From contig SMSO01000037.1 of NCBI GenBank assembly GCA_004764695.1, forward strand, positions 3,200,747-3,264,746: a stretch of 64,000 nt of DNA. The letters run 5' to 3'. Below, piece after piece: positions 11,043-21,153 of the stretch. Positions within the stretch are counted from its first letter, which is position 1. Every line of letters begins with the position of its first letter. The notes beneath the pieces were generated by a model. The model saw only the letters and a program-made list of their open reading frames with translations. It did no database searches and was not told the DNA's origin. The position numbers and the translations under genes were made by a program. The DNA comes from Schizochytrium sp. TIO01 (Eukaryota; Protista; Bigyra: Labyrinthulomycetes).

Positions 11043-11440
11043 TCTAGCACTTGTGTATGAACATAATAACATTCAAAATGGAAGTAATAACTCATGTTCC
11101 ACTTTTTTGTTTGCATCCGAACAAATTGTAAAACCCTACTATGTGATTTTATATACAAACGCAGATCGGTCTGGACAAACTAGTTTACGTGTCTTGCAGT
11201 TTGCTTCAGTATAGTTTTGTACAGTCCTCATACTGAATCTAGTTTAAATGGCTAGTCTAAAGTAATGACAAGCTCAATGCACGCAGATTCGCTAACAAAA
11301 TGACATGTTTCCGTCTTAGGTTCATACAAACTTTCATTTATTAAAATAAGATATTCAGCCTACCACGGTAATCCTCTTGGACCAAAAAAAGATGACGTAC
11401 AATAGATGTACCTAACTCTTTGCATCACCGGGACTATCAT

Positions 11441-13839
11441 CTACTCGTCCATTTCGTCCAATCTAGAAAAGGCACCACCCCTGTCTTCTTGTAGGGTGGA
11501 AAAGGCTCCTCGACTGCCACGGCCTCCTCCATTTTTGCGTCCAGAATTTGCATTGGCATTTGCGTTTCGAGCGTTAAGAAATTTACGGAGGTCTGCGTCG
11601 ATGCCTTCAAAGCCATCCATACCTCCGCCCATGCCGCCCATGCCATGCCGCCCATGCCACCCATGCCACCCATGCCGCCCATGCCACCCATGCTGTTCAT
11701 CGCCGCACGGAGGCTACCTGGAAGTCCATTCTTTGAGCGTGCGTCTTTGCGCGCACGTGTAAACTGCCATAAAAATACCAAAACAACTGTAGCCACAATC
11801 AGGGGACCCCTAATCCAGTTGAAGTCCTGTTTAACTTCTTCATATGGCAAAGCTGTTTCGAATAGACGAAGACCAAGCTCTGCATCGTGGCCCATAATAG
11901 CTGCACTCACCAAAAAGCGAGTACCACGGAAAACCTCTGTCAAGCTAATGCTGCGAAGCATCGGCAAAGTCTTAGCGAGTTCCCCACTAAAATTAGCGTC
12001 AGCTTCTGCCTCACTTAGAACATGAGCAAAGAGAAATTTTGGCGGTTTTGTCACAACGTGTGTGGCATTAAAAACACAAAGTACAGGGCCAACCCGAGCA
12101 AGGAGATATCCAGTCACAGTCGCAACATGCACAGGTGCAGCCTTGGGCAAAAGCCTTTGCTGGTCCAGACTCTGTGATTGGAGGAACGCAATTGCATGCT
12201 GATAAACAGGAACCTTACGGACTAGTGAGCATGATGCACCGCCAGACATAGCCTTCTCACCTTCCTTTGGTCTAGTCCGTGTGTTATAAACTAAGACCTC
12301 GCCTTGGTCGGTGCCGGCGTATACAAACATAGCCTTTAAAGCATCATAGGCAATGCCGACAAGCTGTGCATCGCGTAATCCTTCGCATATCTTGCGTGAC
12401 TGCACCAATGATCCGCTATTAGCCAAGTACAGTCGAGCTCCATCTGAAAGTGCTACCTGATTACCATTGTTTGCGAACTGCTGGACTGCTGTGGAGCTAG
12501 GCACAAGCTCACCACTCAATGCACCATCGCGTTTAAAGGTGCGCACAAGTCCGTTGGCGAAACTGCAAGTGACGATCGGAGTTTTTCGTGCGCTAAAAAT
12601 AGCAGCGTTAACAAGTTCATCACAGCCATCAGGGAAGTTCTCGCTGGCCTCACAAAAGTTGAAGGCTTGCTTCTCTGTTAAAGCAACCCCAAATCCTGTT
12701 GAAGAAGTCTCGCTAGGAGGGACAGGGTCTAGGCCTACAATCCGTTCGTTGTAGATGCTTACACTAACATTGTAAGTAACTGCTGTGCCATTTGCATACA
12801 AGGCATACATAAACGGGGATGGGGCCGAGAGAGCAAGCAGAAACTTGGGAAGGTGTTGCGGGTCCATCAATTGCTTCTTATAAATACTGTCCCCCGTCAG
12901 TACATCAGTGACCTCTACAATACCTTCTTCATTAAGTGCGAGGGTCAATGCCAAATGACCACGATAGCCAGCTTCATGCAAGTGTTTAGCACGAGAACCT
13001 TTTGCATGAATCATAAGGATATCAGCACTTATCAATCGTGGAGTGGGAAGCTTAACACGTTCGATAAAGTAGCTTTCAAAAAACTCGCCTGAACCTAACA
13101 AAGCCCCACTCTCTTGTAGCGGTTCCCATTGTTGTTGCTGATGCTGGTATTGTGTTGGCTGTGTGGAAGTCGATGATGAACTGCCCTGACTGGCGAAATT
13201 ATCGCGAGAACTCAGATTCTCGATGTTTTTCAAAAGGTCCTCAATATCCTGTAAGTCACTTAGAGAATTCTCCATCACAGCTTTGCGAATCTCTTGTAGA
13301 GCCAATAACCGTCGCTCATGTGTACGAATTAATTCCTGAGTCTCGTCAAGCTCCTTCATCAAAATCCTTAGCAGAGCATCGATTTGAAGTTGTGCTTCAT
13401 GCTGATTCTGCATTGAGTGAGATAATTTGGAGCCTTGGTCGACAAGGTTTAGCGGGATCTTGCCCACGCCAATACTCTCAAACTCTTCGTTTTGGCAATC
13501 TACACACGAACCGAACTCAGAATCTAAGTCTATCTTTGCAGATACATCTGAATCTTGCCCATTGTTAAGATTTTCGCACTCTTCAATATCTTCTTGCGTA
13601 TTCCCCCAATCCCCTACAATTGGCACTTCTTCTCCATCGTCGCTAGAAAGAGCAGCAGAAGCTGAAGCAGACTTGACCTCCTGGCACACGCCCAGGGTCA
13701 CGAACAGCGCCCAAACCGCTACTACCAGCACCCAAGCTGTTTTACGTGTAGCATATGCACTCCCTCCTCTGCCATTCCCTCTTCTCCATCGTGGTTTTAT
13801 CGCCACCTGCATTGCAGGAGTCGTCTTCAAAGCTATCAT
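11441..13839 (-). CDS. Uncharacterised membrane protein, At1g75140-like (N-terminal hydrophobic segment, coiled coil, beta-rich domain, C-terminal TM); 1-nt frameshift at ~11643
   Basis: 800-aa ORF; WVLVVAVWALFVTLGVC, heptad region, LFETALPY...WIRGPLIVATVVLVFLWQF. The MGG repeat continues in ORF 11441-11641, which is the likely true C-terminus. Confidence 0.7.
11625..11693 (-). repeat. 9-bp coding tandem repeat ATGGGYGGC (Met-Gly-Gly)n
   Basis: About 7 units, one shortened to ATGGC. Confidence 0.9.
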
Positions 13840-14902
13840 CGCAAGAGATCTGGTGAATTCGAAGAATGCGAACTCCCCTCAACTCAAACAGCCACTAAGG
13901 AAAGTATCTGCTGAAACATCATGTCAACCCACGGGTCGATAAGTTACAGATAACGTTTTTAACTTGGGCATTATTACCCGTTACAAAGTGCCAGGTTACG
14001 AAAACTAATGTAAGAAACCTGTTATTTAGTAACCTCCCGTTATGGATGATGACGTTTTGAGCGCATGATTTTCCCAACGGTTATAGACTTCATATGTATC
14101 CCCACAATGCCTTTCACTATAGCTATTTACCTGTTCAAAATGGCGTACGAGGGGTGCAGATTGCAAGAGTAGACCTGGTCCTGAGAGAGCTGTTGTGGAG
14201 ATAAGAATCGGGTATTACAGTAGAGAATGGAGACAGATACAGTAAAGTAAAGAAAAAACTAAAATAGAGAATAGCAAATTATACAGTAGAGAATGGATGA
14301 ATACAGCGTAGAATGCGGTGCATGGAGAAGAGGAACAGACCACAATCGCGCGCCCTCTCCCGCACGAAGGTCGGTGGCCAGGCGCGAATATCGTCGCTCC
14401 CGGTGGCCACGACCTCAATCATCTCACCTTCTTACCCTCATCCTGCTCTACGAGAGCGTCACTGGCGTCTCGTGCCTGTCCGAGCCTGAGGCCGCGGGTC
14501 CGCGTTCATTTACTGAGACATTCAGTGGCCAAATCACTTATTCATTTATTCCTTCATCCATTCCCTCGTTTCTTCACCACTTGGCCAACGTCATTCACCC
14601 GGCCGCAGACAACCTCTTCTGCCGCTTTGGCAGACATTGTACTCCCTCTCGTAAGGCTTGGCTTTGTCTCACCCGAGCGGCTTGCTGCAGTGTAGGCAGA
14701 AGTGCTCACTCAGATTGGAGTTATCCTTCTTCAAAGAGAACAATCCATAACATCAAAGCAAGAGGAAAGAGAAAAGAAAACAGAATCTACTACTAAAGTT
14801 TAGCATAGGAGGGCATAGCATCGAGCATAGAGGCTCTTCGCTTCTGCTGCTCCACAGACTCATATACAAGCTAATAAGGGGCACCAGCCAAGCTCGTAGA
14901 AG

Positions 14903-17359
14903 ATGCAGCGCGCCACGAGGGCTTCGAGTGCCTCCAGAGACACCAAGCGCAGTGTGACAGGAGGAAAGGGTCCCAAGCGAGAGGAGAGCAAGGAGAGCGG
15001 TAGTAATACCAAGAAGAGCAAGGATGATAAGGATGGCGGCGATGAAGATAATAATGAAGAGTATGGCCTGCGCAGACGGAATCGCGATGGCAAAAGCGGT
15101 CTTGGGCTGAGCATGGGCGCGATGGGCTCCGGCTCAGGTCCTGGGCGTCGAAGGCATAATAAGGAACCGTTGATGTCGTTTGACAAAGGATGGTCGGTAC
15201 CACCGCTGCCTGAAAAGGGCGAAATTCGGGGGCTTACGAAGTCGCAGATCAAAAAGGATCTCAAGATGATTGAGCGCACGGTAGAACCTGATATTCTTGA
15301 GGATATGTCAGCGAGGTGCGATGGCGAGCAGGAGTGGGCATCTTTCGTAGTGCAAAGGTCGCTGAGAGGCGCTACTGATGTCGAATTAAATGCCAGGTCT
15401 GGAATCTTTCTTGATGACGAGGGGGAGGATAACAAGACGGCCAATCGCAACAGCGGCAACAAGCGTAGCGGACGCGACGCAAAAGGGGGAGGGAAGATCA
15501 AGAAGAATAACCGGACCTCGACAAATAGCAATAGCAGAAGCAACAGCAGCAGCAGCAGCCATAAAGACAAAGAGTTAGATAGCGACACAGACTCAGAGCA
15601 ACCAAAACAGGAACGTACTAAGGCAGACCAAAAGAAAGGCTCGCGTCCTATGGCAGATATCAGACGTGCGTTTACGCAGACTAAGCGACTAGGGTCGACA
15701 AACTTTTATTTCCCTTTCAAGAAAATGAAAGATTGGGATGAACTTCATGACTACCTCGACTTCGTCAACGAACAAACTTACCTATCGGCACGCAACGCTT
15801 TTGTACAGAAAATGGCAATGCTCACTCGAAAACGTGAGCAACAGAATGAAGTTCTTTCTTCGCTGTATGAAGTGTATACTGAAAGACTGTCTACTGTAAT
15901 GGCTATGGAAAGCGGGATCCGCGAAACCGCACCTCTGCTCGACAAAGTCATCCAACATGTTGCGTATTACAAAGAACGCGCAGACTTAGCAACGAAGGAG
16001 CTTGAAACGTATCGCGCCAACGCTGCCTATCTCAACTCTAGCACTTCCTCGATCAATTTGGATGATCCATCGATAACTCCGCGCAGCCGTAATCGCAGTC
16101 GCTCAAGGTCAAACCCTTCTGCAGCGCCGGTCGGGGAGGCTGTGCCAATGGATACAGAGGGTGGCGAAGAGGATACAAAGACAGATGTAGATAGAAAAAA
16201 ATCGAAAAACTCTGAGGATAATGAATCAACTCATCATCACAATCTGAATAGCGCACATAAGATCGCGGAGCTGCGATGCGTTCATACGCCTTATGGGTCA
16301 GGTGTTTTGCACGATGTTCGCCCTGATGGTTTCGCCATGATTAAGCTTGAATGGGGTGCTACTGCCTTTCTCAAACTATCCACATTATCTCAAGCAAGTC
16401 TTGATCATCTTGCTGAAAGGGAAGAGTCATTACGCGATACCATCGAAGCTCTTGTGACCGAGACAAGGGAACCCACGGAGGTAAATAGACGCCCCGTCAT
16501 GTACACACTTCCAGAGCATGGCCCGCCTAGAGGCATTCCTTTGCAACTGAGCTTGCTTAGTGGCGATGGTCATTTTGCACTTGCTCCCGGAACCCCTTTA
16601 GATCCTATTAGACTCATGCAAGTGTATCGGTCCAAGAATCTGCTCGCAACCCCAGCAGCAAAAGATTTTGTAGAAGAACAAGAGTATGAGGCAGCTGATT
16701 TAGATCTTCGTGAGTATGTCCGCTCGGAAGACCTCAAGCAAGTTCCATTCTCTTGGGGCTCCTTGGATACATCTCCCTGGTCATTGCAGGAACACAGCAT
16801 TCCTAAGCGTACAATGGACGTCTGGGAGAAAGACCGTAGTGAACTTTCTATCCTTCGTGCCAAAGTCGGACGTCTTCAACGTGAGCTCAAGGAGACTCGG
16901 GGCTCTCTTCGTCTTCGCGAAAAACTGCTGGAGGATGAACACAAGACGCACGCTCTTCTCTTAGCGCAGATGCATAGTGCACAGAACCAGACGCAGGCAC
17001 AGACGAAGGTTGCTGTGGAGAGTTCAGAGAAGGAAACAGCGACTGCCGATACAGGAGATGATGATGTTCCTTCACATGATGATCAAGACCCCACTACTAA
17101 GAAGAGACTGCCACTTCGCGAAGCATCAGATTCGGAAATGGCGTCACCGCCGCGCAAACGTCCACGTCGCACTCGTAGTGGAAGCAAGGCGGACTTATCG
17201 GCCGATGATACTGACCTCAACAACGGCGGAACACCAGAGCCAGGCCCTCAGATGTCTAGTTTAAGCTCTGCCTCCACATCATCCGGCGCGTCCGCAAGTA
17301 ATGCTGCTCAAAATGGGTCCCGTTCGGCGACGCGAAGGCGTGCTCAACGGGTTTCTTAA
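14903..17359 (+). CDS. Hypothetical, probably nuclear, coiled-coil protein with a small beta-barrel-like (TPYG) motif
   Basis: 818-aa ORF; two coiled-coil stretches; VHTPYGSGVLHDVRPDGFAMIKLEWGA; NLS-like PPRKRPRR. Confidence 0.8.
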   Translation: MQRATRASSASRDTKRSVTGGKGPKREESKESGSNTKKSKDDKDGGDEDNNEEYGLRRRNRDGKSGLGLSMGAMGSGSGPGRRRHNKEPLMSFDKGWSVPPLPEKGEIRGLTKSQIKKDLKMIERTVEPDILEDMSARCDGEQEWASFVVQRSLRGATDVELNARSGIFLDDEGEDNKTANRNSGNKRSGRDAKGGGKIKKNNRTSTNSNSRSNSSSSSHKDKELDSDTDSEQPKQERTKADQKKGSRPMADIRRAFTQTKRLGSTNFYFPFKKMKDWDELHDYLDFVNEQTYLSARNAFVQKMAMLTRKREQQNEVLSSLYEVYTERLSTVMAMESGIRETAPLLDKVIQHVAYYKERADLATKELETYRANAAYLNSSTSSINLDDPSITPRSRNRSRSRSNPSAAPVGEAVPMDTEGGEEDTKTDVDRKKSKNSEDNESTHHHNLNSAHKIAELRCVHTPYGSGVLHDVRPDGFAMIKLEWGATAFLKLSTLSQASLDHLAEREESLRDTIEALVTETREPTEVNRRPVMYTLPEHGPPRGIPLQLSLLSGDGHFALAPGTPLDPIRLMQVYRSKNLLATPAAKDFVEEQEYEAADLDLREYVRSEDLKQVPFSWGSLDTSPWSLQEHSIPKRTMDVWEKDRSELSILRAKVGRLQRELKETRGSLRLREKLLEDEHKTHALLLAQMHSAQNQTQAQTKVAVESSEKETATADTGDDDVPSHDDQDPTTKKRLPLREASDSEMASPPRKRPRRTRSGSKADLSADDTDLNNGGTPEPGPQMSSLSSASTSSGASASNAAQNGSRSATRRRAQRVS

Positions 17360-18396
17360 TGATTGATATTGGCTTGTCTTACATTTAGGTCAAGGTTGAG
17401 ACTTCAGTTCACGACGGACATATTGCAAGGCTGTTGCTATGCAACTGCTTCGGTAATGTATAGAAGAACCAAAGATCATTTTCTTCCATTTTGTTGTACA
17501 CGACTCTGCTAATAAAACGCAAAATTTCACATTTGGAGACTCAACAATCAGGAAGACAGTCAACGTCTTTTCGGGCTGTACTACCTGCTAGATCTTAGAT
17601 TCTTCGTTAAGTATAGGTAATAATAAGAATGTAAAGCCTCACAACGTATTCACTTTTAGATTCCTCCCGCCAACTTCTACCGCCTGTTACAATTCAATAT
17701 CTCCAGTAGTAGAAAGGGAACTTGTTTATTTTTCTACTATTACATGATGCTATATGATGTACTTCTGAAAGGCCACTTATTTCCTGGTACTGCAATACAT
17801 CTTTGAGATGATTGTTGTCACCATACCTTACTTCACGGCAGAGTCAAGCGAATCATCTTTTGTCTAAAAACGAGAGGCTAGAATTTGCAATTTTACTTGT
17901 CGAGCCATTTCCACAGTTAACTTTAAGATAACAAATAATAAAAACTTTTGAGATCAGGGATAGAAGATAGTCGTAATGAATATATAAGCAAAGTACTAGT
18001 TGATCAGTACAACAAAACTAAGAAGAAAAGGGTACTCCCACTTATCAAAGATGATGATGGCGATCGAATTCCGCTACTCGTTGCTGTAAAATTGCTATCG
18101 CAGTCTAGGTTTCGTTTGCGTGTGCTAAAGGCATAGTTGGGAAACGGCGCGTTATAACCTCGCTTGCTGCTGCAAGCCAAAGTGGAAGTTTATCTTGTTG
18201 GTGCACCGAGGAGTCGATCGTTGCCACAGTGACTTAATCGCCATCATTGTCGTTGACGTTCAGGCTGACAAAGAAACTTTTGTTTCCCTGAAAGTTGAGA
18301 GACTAGTGCTTAGGAAACTTCTCAGCCTGGTTTAATTTACAGCAATAAAAAGTGAGCATCGAAACGTGCTTTATATTTGTATTCTGAAAATATACT

Positions 18397-20640
18397 ATGG
18401 GCAATTCAGATAGTCGTGCAGAGTTTCGAGGCCTTGTAGAGGCGATCTTTGACGTTGAAGAAGATGAAAGTCTCAGCGATGGTGGCGACAACAGCAACAT
18501 TAGCAACACGCGTATCTTGCCAAAAGATCATCCTCTCTGGGATCGCTTTTGGAGCGTAGAGACCGCAGAAAGAGATATATTTGAGTTCATCCAGCCAGAC
18601 CTTGTTCGGAAAATGATGCAGGCTCCAGATGGAGTGCTGCGAACCTCAAACCTCTTGATGCAAGCCGTTGAACAGATGGAAGCAGGACTTGAGGAGGATA
18701 AAATCTCCTCGCGTGGCTATGCCCGTATTCTAAATGCGATTCGCGTAACCACCCGTGTTCTCCCTTTTATTTTGGAGTCATCGCAGGATCCCCAGATCCA
18801 TACACTTTTCTGGGTCACAACCTCTTCTGAGGTGGAAGGCACCGAAGCTACAGCAGAAGCACATGCAGAAGTGCAGTCTTGTTGTTTGGCACAACGGCTT
18901 TTGAAATGTATTGGACGCCTTGCATTTTTACCAGGATTTACACTTCCGGGGCACTTTGAGAAGCCCCTGGTCCCCACGCCGGCAACTTCCCAGTCCTCTG
19001 CTGCTGATCGCTCATTGAGTAATGTAGCCGAGTCCAAAAGCAGCGAGAAAACAAGCCAACAAGCAAGCGAAGGTGACGAGGAATACGAAACACTGCTTGA
19101 TGGCATGCAGAAACACTTGATTTGGTGTGGAGGTATTGGTAATCCAGATGGACCTAATGCTGTTTTTCGGGGACTTAACAAGAACCGCTATGAGATTCTC
19201 AAACTTTTGATGGTTTCACAGAGCGAGATTTTGTACTCCTCGCCCGCACAATGCGAGCCTGAAATGAACCCATGGATCAAGTTTGCGTCGTTGACTGACC
19301 CCGGGGAAGGCATTCCGTTCGCACGCGAGCTGTTCTGTTCGATGCTCAATACTATCTGTCAACATGATGCTTTGGGTTGGGGCGTGCCGTATGGCAATCA
19401 CATCATCTCGGGTGAAGAAGACAATCGGTTTGCTGATCTTTGTCTGCACAATGTACTTATTTTCCTTGAGGTTAATTCATGGGCAAATTTATATCGTGGG
19501 ATGCTTGGTGATATTTCACGCCATGGAGACTTTGCATTTTTGTATAACAATCTTTCACGTCTACTGGAATCTGTTCCGCGCGCAGAAAACACGTACCTGC
19601 CTGGCTCGCAGAAGGGCATTGACTCCTTCCAAGAGGTTCTCGTTCTCCTGTGGAAGATCTTCGACAGCAATAAAAACTTTATTGACTATGTTTTGCGCCA
19701 CAACGATGTGAACAGAATTCTGCGGCCAATCTGTTACTTTCTATGGAATGGGCGTAAACGAGAGTCAGAAATCGGGCTTGTTCACATTTGCACGTTTGTG
19801 GTGCTCCTACTGAGTGGCGAGCGCAATTTTGGCGTCGCTCTCAATCTAGAAGTCAAGGAATGCCCATACCTTGCCGGTGCACCACGCATGTCCAAGATTA
19901 ATCATGGCGACTTGCTTGTTGTTGTCTTGCATAAATTAATCGTTGATGGTGATGTTCGATTGCAGTCACTCTACAATTGCTTCTTTACTATTCTTAGCAA
20001 TATTTCACCATATGTGAAATCTTTCGGGCATCTAGCATCAACTCGCCTCCTCAGCTTATTTGAACGTTTTTCATCTCGGCGCTACCTTTGGCGTGCTGAA
20101 AGCAACCATCAATACGTCTTTTTTATGCTTGACCTTTTCAACAATGTCATTCAGTACCAATTCGAAGGTAACTCTCGACTCATTTACACCCTATGCTTGA
20201 GTCGAGACAAGATCAAGGAACTTGCAGATATGACGTTCTCTCCGGAAATATCTTCGGGAGCGGAGATGGCTGCAGCTGCAGACCATCAATTCGTTCCTAC
20301 TGCGGAGTGGTTTGCATCTTGGAAGTCAAAGATGCCAATCGGAACATTGCTACGCACTATCGATATCCTCGTTCCCCAGATCGAGGCACTATCAGATGGT
20401 CCAAAGGATGCCCCGATTGAAGTTCTGGACGAAACAAAGGTTCTACACTTTATCAAAAACACTACTTTGGTTGGACTTTTACCTGTACCTCACCCCATTG
20501 TTATTCGTCGATACCAACCTAATCAATACACGACGCTATGGTTCACCACATACACCTGGGGGGTAATTTTCCTTCGTAATCAGGAGATGCCTCTTTGGGA
20601 TGGACGGAAGATCAAACTCTTCTCTATTAACCTAGTATAA
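18397..20640 (+). CDS. HID1: HID1 (HID1/Dymeclin family) Golgi protein
   Basis: Myristoylation-type start MGNSDSR; LLLSGERNFGVALN, NISPYVK and the C-terminal GLLPVPHPIVIRRYQPN...WFTTYTWGVIFLRN...W....IKLF signature. Confidence 0.92.
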   Translation: MGNSDSRAEFRGLVEAIFDVEEDESLSDGGDNSNISNTRILPKDHPLWDRFWSVETAERDIFEFIQPDLVRKMMQAPDGVLRTSNLLMQAVEQMEAGLEEDKISSRGYARILNAIRVTTRVLPFILESSQDPQIHTLFWVTTSSEVEGTEATAEAHAEVQSCCLAQRLLKCIGRLAFLPGFTLPGHFEKPLVPTPATSQSSAADRSLSNVAESKSSEKTSQQASEGDEEYETLLDGMQKHLIWCGGIGNPDGPNAVFRGLNKNRYEILKLLMVSQSEILYSSPAQCEPEMNPWIKFASLTDPGEGIPFARELFCSMLNTICQHDALGWGVPYGNHIISGEEDNRFADLCLHNVLIFLEVNSWANLYRGMLGDISRHGDFAFLYNNLSRLLESVPRAENTYLPGSQKGIDSFQEVLVLLWKIFDSNKNFIDYVLRHNDVNRILRPICYFLWNGRKRESEIGLVHICTFVVLLLSGERNFGVALNLEVKECPYLAGAPRMSKINHGDLLVVVLHKLIVDGDVRLQSLYNCFFTILSNISPYVKSFGHLASTRLLSLFERFSSRRYLWRAESNHQYVFFMLDLFNNVIQYQFEGNSRLIYTLCLSRDKIKELADMTFSPEISSGAEMAAAADHQFVPTAEWFASWKSKMPIGTLLRTIDILVPQIEALSDGPKDAPIEVLDETKVLHFIKNTTLVGLLPVPHPIVIRRYQPNQYTTLWFTTYTWGVIFLRNQEMPLWDGRKIKLFSINLV

Positions 20641-21153
20641 AGTAGATTTAGTCTCAAGTATGTCTTATTTGTATTTCTATTCTTCCTTACTTGCTAGCTT
20701 CAGGCTCGCTGGTTCAAATATGCAGTATCTGTTTTTTTTTTTCAAAGCAACTTGATATACAGCTAATTTAATCTCCTTCGAAACTGTTGTATTGAATATT
20801 TCCCAAAATCTCTAGTAGCTAGAGTCACAGCAGTGGTGTTTATTGTGTTCAGGGGACCGATTGATACTTTCATATTACTAGTGTCACTAGAGTCATGTTA
20901 GTCTACTCTTGTGGTCTGATACTATTTTAAAAAAAAATGTTTAGTGGAAGTCGTAAAACAATTCACGGCGAGGTGTCATCAACAAACTTGGACAAAATCT
21001 ACAAAGACGTGGAGGAAGAAAGGCAAACACTGCGATCGAAAATACCGTTCACGATAAAACACGTTTCAACTTCTCGTATATTTCTTCCAATCATTGATTC
21101 TTTGAAGAGTGTTCACTTGGTGCTGCAATCAAAGCAACTTCCGACGTGCGGCA

